Below are positions 37,752 through 49,600 of a DNA stretch of 64,000 nucleotides, in pieces. The DNA lies in the NCBI RefSeq assembly GCF_036321535.1, contig NC_087437.1:112718001-112782000 (forward strand), given 5' to 3'. This stretch comes from Camelus dromedarius (taxonomy: Eukaryota). The notes below the pieces were generated by a model. It was not told the origin of the DNA, searched no databases, and was given only the letters and a program-made list of their open reading frames with translations. The first letter of the stretch is position 1. Every line of letters starts with the position of its first letter. The position numbers and the translations under genes were made by a program.

Positions 37752-39763
37752 GTAGTGCCTTAGGGTGGGACCTGGGCCTCTCCCACCAGCTTGGCAGCCA
37801 GTCTGAAGGAGGATGAGAAAAATCATGAATTGTCTTTCTCTCCTCCAGCCTCCAGTTTGCTGATTCTGTCTTCAGCTGCTTCTAATCCATTTTATCCGTA
37901 TACTGAGTTTTTAAATTTCAATTATTTTCTTTTCCGTTTCTAGCAGTTCTATTTATATTCTCTAATCTGCTGGTTTCTTTCTTGTCTTTTTCCTTGCACA
38001 AAAGGCCATGCTTCTCATTTATTTCCTAACACATGTTAAACATAGTCCTGCCTATTTCAGATCTGATCATTCCAATAGCTAAAGTTATGGGTTTCACTAT
38101 TTGGTCTGTTGCTACTATTGGCTCTCACCACACATATCTGTTTCTCCAGATGTACTTTGATTTTTGATCGTATACTTTGATTTTTGACTGTGAGCTGTTT
38201 CTCTGTATGTACTTTGATTTTTTGATTGTGATAAAGTCCTTGGAACTTTATCTGTGAGATCTTTGAGGTCTGAAGTTGTATTCCCCCTGCAAGCGTTGCT
38301 ACCAGGATCACCCTAAGTTAAATATAGATCACACTGGTGTGAATTATGACTGTAAACTTACATGAGAGCTACATTGTGGTTTCAAATTCTCAGGGGCATT
38401 TTTTTCCCCCTCCACTTATACCAAGTTCAAAAGCAAGCAAGTTTTTGGGCTAATCCTTTCTGCGCTGAGTTACATGTCATTCTTCCTCTAGGGTCCAGCT
38501 CTTTGAAATCTCCTGTTATGTCCCTCCCCTCGCTTGGGCTCTGGGTATATCTCCTGTCTCCTGCACCCCACATAGCCTTTAAAATGGAAGCTTAAAGTCA
38601 CCAGATTTAAGGAAGGGCTGTGTATCATTCTGAGGAGCAGTAACTTGATCCTAAAGACAGTGGACCTGAACAGCTCCTGAGTCTGGCAGGCTGAAATGCC
38701 ACCACGCACTTTTAAAGGGGCCCTTCTCTGAGCCTCACAGCTGCAGTCACAGGACTTAGTGAGGCCTGGATCTTCATCTTAAAACATTCAGGATAAAGTA
38801 AAGTCTTGTCATTTGCTTTTTTGTGGCTTATATATACTGTTTGAAATAGACTGTTTTCTTTCGTTAGTGATGGTCTTTCCTGGCTTTTGTCCACCAACTT
38901 TTGTTTTGTCTGTACAGTTAGGGTTCACCACCGTGGAAAGGGGGCATGTTGATTTTTGTTCCCTGGCCCAGATCTAGACACACCAGTGATAAAGTTTCAA
39001 GTAGATGCTGTCTTAGGCATTCTTGTTTCAAGATAGAGAACTGCAAATACTGTTGCCAATTCATATGGGTTCAGTGTTAGCCTGGCCAGCTGGAGGCCCT
39101 AATCTTTGAGTGTGTATGAACCGTATCACCTCTGTGTCATCCAAGTGAATCACTGGATTCATTGCCCCCCAGTGGCTTGAACTCTCTCTTGGCAAGTAAA
39201 AAGGGCTAGATTGATCTCCAGGCTTCTGTTCAGAGGGCCAAGGGGTGAAGAGTACCCTTTGGAGGCTCCTGTTGGAGTGTAACACTCCGTCTTTGGGGAT
39301 CCCCCAGAGCCTCACTGGGAGGTTAGGGACCCTCGTCCCTCCTTGTACCTGAGAGTGGAGTGGACTGGCCACTCTTCCTTGATGCCTATAGGTCTCTGTT
39401 CACAGGGGCGCCACTGATTCTTTCTCTCATATTGGAGGCAGACAGGTGGCCACCAGCATCTCTTGGAGGATGTGTGTTCTCCTCTTCATTAAGACTCTCC
39501 TCAGTGAGGTCTGTAGGGTTCATAGCTCTGGAGAGAGCTTCAGCCTTGAGGGCTGCTGGGTGGCACATACCCCTGGGGCCCAAGTGTGGGCCAACAGAGA
39601 CCCTGAGGGTCTGACTCCTGCCTGGATCATATCACTTCCTGGGGACAGCTGTGGCCTTCCCCTCCCTCAGTCTTTCCCCTGCTATCCAAAAAGGAGGGCC
39701 TTAGTGGGGACATATCTTCCACAGTCTCCTTCTGCCCATTTAAACCTGCTCACAGAAAATAAC

Positions 39764-39885
39764 AGAGTCCAGCAGAATGATAGAGCATGAGATGATAGAG
39801 TCCAGTGGGATGATAGAGCATGAGTTATAGAGCCTAGTGGGATGATAGAGCATGAGATGATAGAGCCCAGGAGGGATGACAGAGC
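39764..39885 (+). repeat. 33-bp higher-order minisatellite, ~3.5 copies
   Basis: Alternating AGAGTCCAGTGGGATGAT (18 nt) and AGAGCATGAGATGAT (15 nt) subunits. Confidence 0.85.
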
Positions 39886-40593
39886 TGTGCTTAAGGACTT
39901 AAAGCCATCCCCAAGGTTTGGGAAGTGGCAGGAAGAGAGCTGAGCTCTTCATGTTTTCGGAACCAGTGAGTTGGGTGAGATTTAATGTACACCAAACACA
40001 GTGTCTGCTCTGCTTGGCTCTGAGGCATCAGCCAGCACCTTGAGTTTTGAGGTCCACCCATGCGGTGGGGGCCTGGACTCCAGCTGTGCCTTGGGAAGCA
40101 GCATTTGTCCTGTGGAATTGTTCAGCTACAGCTGCTGCTTCCAGAGCCACACAGGACTGTTTGAGCCTGTGCAGGGCCATCACTGAAGCTGGTTCACGTC
40201 CCTTCTGGTGGACCGCCCTGCACACAGCACATACTCATCAAGGTGGGAGTGTTTTCTTCCTGCTGCCCAGTTTCCCCCGTAAATAAAATGGAGAAAAGCC
40301 CCAATCACCCTGAGACACTAGCAGACCTCAAGAAAAAGCATTAGGAATTACAACTAAGATTCATCTTGACACATGGAATCTCTAGAACCACACCTTTGAC
40401 TCCTTGGCTCCAAAAGTCACTGCCTGAAGTCTTCAAAGCAGTCCTTGATTTGAGTCTAAGATACGGACTCACTGGGGCCTGGTCTCAGATTCTGCTGGAG
40501 CTCATGCTTTCAGATGCAGACAAACAAAATAAAAAAAACAAAAAATGACCTCACTTCATCATGTTTTCTTTGGGTTTTGCTTTCCTTTCTCAG

Positions 40594-40806
40594 CAACTTG
40601 TGTTCAATTCAGTGACCAACTGCTTGGGGCCACGCAAGTTTCTGCACAGCGGGAAGCTCTATAAGGCCAAGAGCAACAAGGAGCTGTACGGCTTCCTCTT
40701 CAACGACTTCCTCCTGCTGACCCAAATCATAAAGCCCCTGGGCTCTTCCGGCACCGACAAAGTCTTCAGCCCCAAATCAAACCTGCAGTATAAAATGTAC
40801 AAAACA
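40594..40806 (+). CDS. ITSN1: ITSN1-L exon (approx. 36), PH domain
   Basis: tttctcag|CAA acceptor, ACA|gtaagt donor. 213 nt, phase 0>0. [71 protein letters not shown]. Confidence 0.97.
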
Positions 40807-41664
40807 GTAAGTTTGATTCTAGATCGTGATCTCAGGGTTGATTCTGGGGAGGAGGAGAAAATTTCCAAAAGGAATCAGAGTTTTAGCAGGGCTTGAGGGC
40901 TCTGGCCTAGAGGAGGTGCAGGGAGTGAGCGAGGATTTAGGGTGACCGTAGCAGCACGGTCCCAGCAGTATCAGAGAAGGAACGACACTCAATGTGATGG
41001 ACGAAACATCTATGAGCTGGCTGCCAAGTGGCTGCGGTGGGTTCCCCAGTTGTGACGAAGGCACGCCCTGCCCTGGTGGGGGTCATGGTCTAGTGTACAG
41101 ATGAGGCCGGCGTGGGAAAGCTTGAAGCTAGAACTCAAGCACCCACCTCCCAAGCATCCCTGGGTCCCCCTCCAAACTTCCCAGGAACGTCTGAGCACCT
41201 CGCCTTTTTCAGCAAAAGCCAATCTAAACAATCAGTGTGTGGAGAATTTTCCTTAGCTGCTTGTTTGGTCTGCTTCTACATGCATGGCTGTGTTTGTGTG
41301 TCTTCATGCCACGGGATATTGTTTTTCTAAACTTGTCTCTGTGGGGGTGTTTTTACAGAAGAATTTTCTCTGAAGCAGCAGTTAGCCTTATTTTGGGAAA
41401 AAGAACAATGTACTTACATAGATTGTCACTAGCAAATTTGTATGAATGTCTTTGGAGGGTACTGCTTGGAGGTAAATTTGATGGAGACTGCTGATTAGAA
41501 CGTACAACGGGAAAAACAGACCCATCCATTCTTATTCTGGGGGACTTTAAGAATACCTGTAAAATGGAGGGGGAAAATCCATGTTTGTAATTTGTAATAT
41601 CTGAAAGTCAATATTAACACAAAATCATTAATTGGGTATAGTTTACTGAACCCTCTACCCTAGG

Positions 41665-41757
41665 CACACACACACAGACACACACACACACAGACACACA
41701 CCCTCACCCTCAGTCTACTTGACTGAAACACGTGCACATAAGCACACACACACACTC
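41665..41757 (+). repeat. (CA)n microsatellite blocks
   Basis: Interrupted CA runs ending about 75 nt upstream of the 41832 acceptor. Confidence 0.85.
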
Positions 41758-41831
41758 ATAGTTTACTAGGACACACAGCCCCCGCCCTCTGCCCTAGTCT
41801 GGTTTTATAATGTCTGCGCATTATTTTTCAG

Positions 41832-41953
41832 CCTATTTTCCTGAATGAAGTTCTAGTAAAGTTACCTACTGACCCTTCAGGGGACGAACCCATCTTCCAC
41901 ATTTCCCACATCGACCGAGTCTACACCCTCCGAGCAGAAAGCATAAACGAAAG
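41832..41953 (+). CDS. ITSN1: ITSN1-L exon (approx. 37), PH domain
   Basis: tttttcag|CCT acceptor, AG|gtaaga donor. 122 nt, phase 0>2. [40 protein letters not shown](R). Confidence 0.97.
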
Positions 41954-42189
41954 GTAAGACCTGTCCCCTCCCCAGCACTGGGCGCCCGGATTCCACCAGG
42001 TGTAGGACACACATGGGACATTTAATCAATCGGAAGGTCCCAACATTCCCCGGGTTGCAGTACCGCTCCCTCTGGCTGGAGGTGGGGGTGGGAAGGTCTT
42101 AATACTTTTTTCTAGAGCCTCCCAAAAAGTTCAACCCATGGCGTGAAGTTTTTAAAGTAAAATGAATTGGAACGAATTTTGCTTGAGAT

Positions 42190-42316
42190 TTTTTTTTTAT
42201 GAGGGGGAGGTAATTAGGTTTATTTATTTATTTATATTTGGAGGAGATACTGGGGATTGAACCCAGGGACTTACGCATGCTAACATGCGCTCTGTCATTT
42301 GAGATATACCCTCCCG
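42190..42316 (-). mobile_element. tRNA-derived SINE (vic-1-like)
   Basis: Same head (B box GGGTTCAATCCCC) and (TAAA)n-AACCTAATTACCTCCCCC tail. Flanked by CTTGAGA at 42182 and 42318. Confidence 0.85.
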
Positions 42317-43119
42317 CCTTGAGAATTTTTAAAAAAGAAATTTTCAGCGTTCTTTGAGATAAATGAGCATCTCACGTTTCCCAAAGTTTCCCAGGTGGCA
42401 GAAACCAGTAGGAAAGCGACTTGGGGGTTACTTAATAGGACCATCCGAACCTGACCCCCTCCTCAGTGGGCCCACTTGGACAGGCATTCTGACTCCTAGA
42501 ACTGGGGGCATTTTTGCTTCATTCATGCCTTTAAGGCTCTGCCCTGGAGCCAAATCAAATAGACGATTTTCTGAAGGGTGAACTTGACACAAGATCAACA
42601 ACATTCCAAGAGCATTTGTGCCAAGCGAGAAATTGGCTAAAGTTATCATGCATATGGTTCTCGGAAAAATGAAGGAGAAAACATCGTGCCAAAATGCTTC
42701 CCTAGCGTGTGTTTACTCTTTCACGGAAAGTGGTTCCTTATCTGGGACATGGTTTCTCCCCTTGGGTGGTTTAGTAAGAGAGGTCCTTCTGGCCTTATTG
42801 GATTAGGCAAGTATGTGATGCTTTTCAATAAGGGAAGAAGAGGAGCTGTGTGCCAACGTCTCCCCCAGGACAGCATTTATCATTATGATAGATTTCCTTC
42901 CGTGGGGACACAAACACAGGTCTTGATTCCATCCATACCAATGTCGTTGATGTCTTTGCTATGAATGGTAGAAATAATTATTAGCATCTTATGACGTAAA
43001 ACCAGGCTTTGCTGTGAAAATCTAATGAACAAAGCAGAGTCCTGGAAACTGAATTTGTACAGACCTGGAGTCTTTTCCCCGAGTTCTGTTTGGCATCTTC
43101 CTGTCTGTTCCTTTCCAAG

Positions 43120-43202
43120 GACTGCCTGGGTGCAGAAAATCAAAGCGGCTTCTGAGCTCTACATAGAGACGGAGAAGAAGAAGCGGGAGAAGGCGTATCT
43201 GG
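43120..43202 (+). CDS. ITSN1: ITSN1-L exon (approx. 38), end of PH domain
   Basis: ctttccaag|G acceptor, CTGG|gtgacg donor. 83 nt, phase 2>1. [27 protein letters not shown]. Confidence 0.95.
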
Positions 43203-43528
43203 GTGACGCATTGCTGGCCGCGTGGCCGGGGTTTCCCACAAAGCCAGGGCGGAGAGCCACTCGGTCGGGCCCAGAATCCCAGGAACTCGGAGATGGGCCC
43301 TGAGGTCCAGGAGAGCCTGAGGGTGGATGTGGGCGGAAGAGGAGAGTAGGGTTCAGGGGGAGGTGTGGAGGGCAGATTCCAGGAGCAAGGGAGCAAGAGT
43401 TTAAGGATAGGAGGGGACAACTGTTCTTGAATGGGGGGGGCAGGTACATAAAACAGATCATGAGACAAATTGGAAAGGCAGCAAATGCTAAAAGGAAGCA
43501 TTTTGTGTTGTTTTTCTTGCGGTCACAG

Positions 43529-43612
43529 TCCGTTCCCAGAGGGCCACAGGCATTGGAAGGTTGATGGTGAACGTAGTGGAAGGCATTGAGCTGAAACCCT
43601 GTCGGTCACATG
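43529..43612 (+). CDS. ITSN1: ITSN1-L exon (approx. 39), start of C2 domain
   Basis: ggtcacag|TC acceptor, CATG|gtaagg donor. 84 nt, phase 1>1. (V)[27 protein letters not shown](G). Confidence 0.96.
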
Positions 43613-43826
43613 GTAAGGACCCGAGAAGCCCCCTCTAGCACATATTGCTGGTGGAAGCCTCTTCTGCATCCCCCCCACCTGTCTCTTTCCATAATCCTAA
43701 ATTTCCTCCCAGACTTGGTTTTTCTAGCACTTGTTAAAAATCTGTAATTAAAAATATGTACTCCTTTCTGCCATTTTGCTTTCCAGAGAGATCCAGAGAG
43801 ATCTGAGTGGCTGCCCATTCACGATA

Positions 43827-44176
43827 CAGTCAGTCCCTCTGTATCTGGGGGTTCTGCCTATGCAGGTTCAACCAACTGTAGATCGAAAAATGTTCAGAAA
43901 AAAGATTCCAGAATTTTCCAAGAAGCAAAACTTGAATTTGCTGCCCACCAGCAACTATTTGCATAACAGTTACATTGTATTTATAACTATTGATATAACA
44001 GTTACATTGTACTAGGTATTGTAAGGAATCTAGAGATGATTTGAAGTAAACAGGAGGATGAGTGTAGGTTACATGCAAATACTACGCCATTTTATATAAG
44101 GGACTTGAGCATCCCCGGATTTTGGTATTTGTGGGAATCCTGGAACCAATCCCCTACAGATACTGAGGGATGACTG
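43827..44176 (-). mobile_element. Full-length TcMar-Tigger MITE (Tigger3a/MER2 type)
   Basis: Terminal inverted repeats CAGTCAGTCCCTCTGTATC / GATACTGAGGGATGACTG. TA at 43825-43826. 350 bp. Confidence 0.88.
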
Positions 44177-44429
44177 TGGATTTGACACAATTTACGGCTA
44201 AAGTGAGGGGAGAGGGAAGGCTTAGTTCTGAAGCCCACTAATGTTATAATGCTGGATTGTGGAAGTTTTAGCCTGGATTTTTCATTTTATGCTACTTATT
44301 AAGTGGGGCAGTGGAGGGGGATCAAAATGAGGAGTGTAGAGGAAAGAGTTGCCCTGTGGCTGTGACCCTGCCCTACATGCAGAAGCACCAGGCAGCCGGC
44401 GGGAGTCGAGCAGGCTCTGTTCCCTCCAG

Positions 44430-44603
44430 GAAAGAGTAACCCGTACTGCGAGGTGACAATGGGCTCCCAGTGTCACATCACCAAGACGATCCAGGACACT
44501 CTGAATCCCAAATGGAATTCCAACTGCCAGTTCTTCATCAAAGACCTGGAACAGGAGGTGCTCTGCATCACTGTGTTTGAGAGGGACCAGTTCTCGCCAG
44601 ATG
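44430..44603 (+). CDS. ITSN1: ITSN1-L exon (approx. 40), C2 domain
   Basis: tccctccag|GA acceptor, GATG|gtgagt donor. 174 nt, phase 1>1. [57 protein letters not shown]. Confidence 0.97.
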
Positions 44604-46462
44604 GTGAGTAGAGAGCGGTCCCAAGGCACTCTGCCCCTTTCCCTGTCACTTGGCTTTCATAGATAAATGTTTTCTACCTGAGAACTTTGTGCCCAGAATC
44701 CCTTGGGCTTCCTGCCAGAGAGATGAGGTTGGCACAAGAGGAGACTCAGCCTCCCCTAGAAAGAGGCCTTCACCAATGCCAGGGCATCTCAGAGAAGATG
44801 ACAAAGCATGTTTGGTCCAGAGTGGTCCAGCTGCCCGAAACAAAGACCATGGTCCTCTGCTTCCCCAGAGCAGGTAACTGCAAGGAGGGTGGTCCCCCAA
44901 AGCCTCAGGCCAATTCTTTAGTCCTCAGCTAAAAGCCACAGTGAAAATGAACAAAACTAGTCAGTAAACAAGAATGTTAGCCCGCAAAAACTGTGGCAGA
45001 ATCAGGCAGTGCCTTTTGGGTGACATTGCTGATGAATCAAAAGGATGGAATTCTGTTGAAGGCATCATCCCTTCAACCAACTTTCTACTTTGAACCTGGA
45101 AAAAAATGGGTCTGGCCAATAATTTCAAGGAACTTCTCTCTCTCTTTCTCAACCTAATAAAAATAAGAGAGTAAGTTTAAAGATCATGGTCTTTATTATA
45201 TTCAAAAGAGTATAATTAAGTGCTAGGAGTGAGGGTCTAATGCAGGCATGATCCGCAAAAGGCTTAAATTGCACTGTGTGAATTTTTTCTTCTAGTACTT
45301 TTATATGAATTATCTCATTGTGAGTTAGTTTCTATTTGTTATATCCCAAAGATGGTCATGTAGCTGCCTAAATGTTAGAGTGTGGCCAGAACAACCTGAC
45401 TCTCAAGTCTGGGCTCTTAACCACTGTGTTTCATTGGCAATTTTTTATTCTAATAAATAAAGACTTGAGGTTGATTTTTTGTAATAGTGAAATATTATGA
45501 CACAAACAGCAGCTCCACTGGGTTTAAGAGTTTATGTTGAAAATCCTGGTGGTGGTCTTCCTTGGGAGATTATTTCCATGAAACACACAAGGGGTGAAAT
45601 AAACCGGCATCTTCCACCAGAAAAAATTCCTAGGTTTTAAATGGGAAACTTGAAAGAAGGCTTTTTCCTGTACAGGAGGATGTGGATCATAGTGTATTCC
45701 AATTAATAACTGTTGATGAAAAAATGAAGGAATTAATGGTCTGGAGGCCTATTTGACTTCATCGTGTGATTGGCATAGCATATAAAAAAATGTTCAAACA
45801 TGTTCACATCCGTTCTCATAGTGACACTCAATGTCTGATACAAAGTGGTGTTGAGATTGTTTGGGGAGCATCACTGGAAGCTTGCAGCCCCTGGGCTGTC
45901 GCCTCCTGTCCCACCTCCTCACATCTGCTCCCTGGCACATGCAGAGAGCCATTAGAAAGACCCGCCCGCACTCACCATCCTTGACATTTCTGATAGGAAA
46001 TGCAACATCTGATAGGAGTGCAACGTCACGAAACTTGCTCCTGTGACAATCCTTGGGAGAAATTACCGTCCAATTTTTGTCCCAGAAATAGTTGACTTTC
46101 TTCTGGGCTACTTCTTTGAATTTCATGTATGTTGCAAACTGGGCAGCTGATACGACATCTGGTTTTGCATTGCCTCCCAGGAAGCTCATGGCCCTTTGGA
46201 GGTCCCCAGGTGTGAGGAAAGTCTGCATTTTGAGCTCCTTCTATACTCTCCTTTGTCCCCACCCTGGTAACTTTCTCTTTTCATTCCATTTAAAAATTAT
46301 GCTGTCACTGTAATTTCTGGATTCCCGGAAACTGACTTAACTCCCTTTGGGAAGAGGGGAAAGTCTAACAAACAACTCACTGGGACGTTCCCAATATGCC
46401 AAGTACGCACCTTGAAGAGAAGGAATCCTCCCTGAACAGGGTCTGTGTGTTTCTCCTTTCAG

Positions 46463-46611
46463 ATTTTTTGGGTCGGACGGAGATCCGTGTGGCTGACATC
46501 AAGAAGGACCAGGGTTCCAAGGGTCCAGTCACAAAGTGTCTCCTGCTGCACGAAGTTCCCACAGGAGAGATTGTGGTCCGCCTGGACCTGCAGTTGTTTG
46601 ATGAGCCGTAG
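46463..46611 (+). CDS. ITSN1: ITSN1-L last coding exon (approx. 41), end of C2 domain to stop
   Basis: ctcctttcag|AT acceptor. (D)[48 protein letters not shown], with TAG ending at 46611. Confidence 0.97.
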
Positions 46612-49600
46612 GGAGCCGGCCAGGGCCTGCTAGCAGAGCTCCAGCCCGAGGCAACGGATGCTGTCCAGAAATGAGGACCACCGTTTGGTGTTCGGCCACA
46701 GGGCAGCAGGAAAGCAAAGAGAGGCCTCTCAAAGCTTCCGGGAATCCTTCTTGACAATCCTTCCCCCAAACAATTTCCCATTTTATGAAACAAAACTGTG
46801 TTTCCCTTTGTCCTCACTGCAGGTCTCATCGTGGCTTCTAGGGTCTTTGAAACCCCATAGCCCCTGGCTCTGTTTGGTTGGGAGTCTGGTCCGTCCCTGG
46901 GCCTGAGGCTTGGGTCTGGTTAATGTAAAACAGATTTATAAATGCAATGTCTGTATTTTTGGAGAACTCATGTAACCCTCCTATTTCTTACCTCCACCAG
47001 CCCCCAAGGAGGCCCCCTGACCTATGACGCCCAGTCCCTGGTGTGTTTAGAAATAACATGATGGTCTTGTCATTGTTTCAGGATCTTGTTCCCCACGCTG
47101 GGACCTTATTTGAAATGCTGCCCTGGGTCTGATCACTCGGGCAAGTGGTCTCCTGATCTCTGATCTAGGTCTAGCTCTTGGAAGAGCTGGTCCGTGGAAG
47201 ATTCTAGCAGGTGTGTTGGTAGAGCTTTTCCAGTCTCCTCCAGGTCTTTTATTGATAGATGCTGATGAAAACTGTCAGTATCAGGTGATCTGATCGTGAG
47301 CGCCAGCGTGCTTGGAAGAGGGCTGAGGAAGGCTGTTACCTACAGAGTTCCACTCTGCTGGATTAGATCACTGCAGGTCACCTGAAAGGCTACTTTACGA
47401 CGTTGTTGGGTCCTGGTTGCCAGCCCAGTTGGAAAGCTCTCTTTTGGCTTGGAGGTCCTGTGATGTTTTATGACAAGAGTAGTTGCCGGTGGCCAGCTCT
47501 GAGCCTGTTCTTGCTTGAATGAGCTGGATCCTGATTGCCGTGGGAAATCTCAGCAGATATCCTTGGTATGTTCCCCCTGAAAGCATCCCCAAGGTGTGAG
47601 AAGGAAAAGTGACAATCTGTGGAGGAAATCTATTAGATGGTGGGGGACAGACCCTAGGAGCACGCACGCCCCTCAACTCCAGGGAAGAAGACCCGAGACT
47701 TTCCCAGACTCCACCATACACAACCAGCCTCTCAGAAATGGAAAAATCTGCGTGCTTGTTGCCATAGTCAGGAGTGTATGACCGCGTGCTAAGCTGTTTG
47801 GTTTGAGTTCTTTGAGTTTTTCTCCTTCAATGCCAGGAGATAGGCTGGCTAAGTAGATAAGAACTTGACTTAGGGTCATGAAAAGTGTGGGTGGTATTTT
47901 GTTCGCATGTTAATGTTCTCACAATCCCTGTTTGTCTTTTTCATGAAATGTTCTTTGCATGTTCTCTTGGTACTGGAATCTAGCTTTCCTGTGTTAGACA
48001 GTGTTCTCTCTGATTGTAGGTCCTTAGAATTTAGTTAGGGTTGTAGAGACACTTTCTAAAGACAGCATCAACATAGGGGCAGGGTGAACTACCCACCGTG
48101 CTGGGAACTGAATGTGTGGCATCATACTTTCCCATGAGACCCTGTCATTGTTCAAGTGATTTTTTTAAATGTGTGTGTCGGAAAGGGCCACAAAGTTTAC
48201 ATTTCATACTTTTAAGAAACACTTTATTATTTATTTATTAAAGATAGTGTAGAATTTTATATCAAGAACAACAGACATAGGTATTTTTTGAAACAAGCAG
48301 ATATACCCTTTAGTTAGAAACTCTCAACTGAAGACACTGGAGACCAAGTTCAACTCCAAGCATGCATTTGTTCCCCACCTCCCAGCAGAAAACATGGTTA
48401 AAATACTTTAAGTTTATATTTTTTTGGATGTTGTTAAGAAACTGTTTAAAATTAAATCTACAAATAGACCCACAAATCATGCTTTCCTATTTCTATACCC
48501 AGTGCAGTTTGATCAGTGTATTTATGAAGGACATGTTACTATGGTAGATAAAGAAGGATTACCTGTGTAAATTGGGTCGTATTGGGTCACCATCCCAGTC
48601 CCTGTCTTTCGGTCCTCTCTTTTTTTCATCGACTTTGTTTGCATGTGAATATTGGGCATCACCGTTCATTTGGTTGGATGTCATGTGCTCAATGACATCC
48701 AAGTATCTGTAGCCTTTCTAGGTCCACCAAGTCACCTACTCGCAGAGTCCCGTTATTGGAAGTAATGTAGCATGAAAAAGCAATATGTGCGTCTTTTTCA
48801 CCAAGTGACTATACTGAGCATCTCTTAGATGCTCCTCCAGGGTGGCGATTCTGGATTACTGTCCTTGTCCTCACTGGGGTCATTTGTTACATGCCCAATT
48901 GAACTTACGGATGAGTTAGGCTGGCCCTGGGGTCCAGCTGTGACTCCTGAGTCTTGTGTGAGATACAGGAATGTGGGTGATGCCTGGAGTCTAAAATTTT
49001 TTGACCTCTAGTCCTTCACTTCTACCTTTTTGGCTGCCTGGGGAGTATTTCATAGAGATGAAATGTCCCTTGCCAATAAGCAATCTGTGTCCTAGTTCTT
49101 TGCTTTCAAAACCAGGGTTTCTCCAGGCTGCTGCATCCTGGTGTTCTGAGTCCAGCCCTCCAGACATCCCTGTGAGCTTCCTTCTTCTCTGAGCCACACT
49201 GACCTCCTCTAAGCCCAACAAGGGGGCCTTTCTGCTCACAAGACTGTGCCCTGAGGACAGAAGCCCTTGAGCTGGGGCTCCTTTGTAGACCAGCTCTTCT
49301 GAAGGAACAATCTGTACCCCCAGCCCCCTGGGGCAGGGTCTTTCTGGCAGGCAGCATCCTCTCCTGGAACCAGGTCTGTTGTGACCATGAGAGCCTGAAG
49401 ATGTGGCTTATTCAGATCCAGGGCTGGCCTGACACAGGGAGACAGACCCTTCTAGGCTGGGGTCTCCAAGGATGCTCAAGAAACTGGGGCCAGGCTTCGT
49501 GGGTTGACTGTTTGGATTACACGCCCTGACCTCTGAAGGCAGAGGAGAGAGCTATGTTCCCAAAGAACATTCATATTAAAGGGGGCCTTTTTTTTCTTCT

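Noticed and set aside
37515..37826. 103-aa minus-strand ORF (similar cases at 23994-24236, 31287-31541, 44282-44629, 46377-46829)
   Set aside because: Antisense overlaps of real ITSN1 exons with no independent support.
39764..39885. Regularly spaced repeats resembling a CRISPR array
   Set aside because: No unique spacers, no cas genes and a eukaryotic intron context. It is a simple minisatellite.
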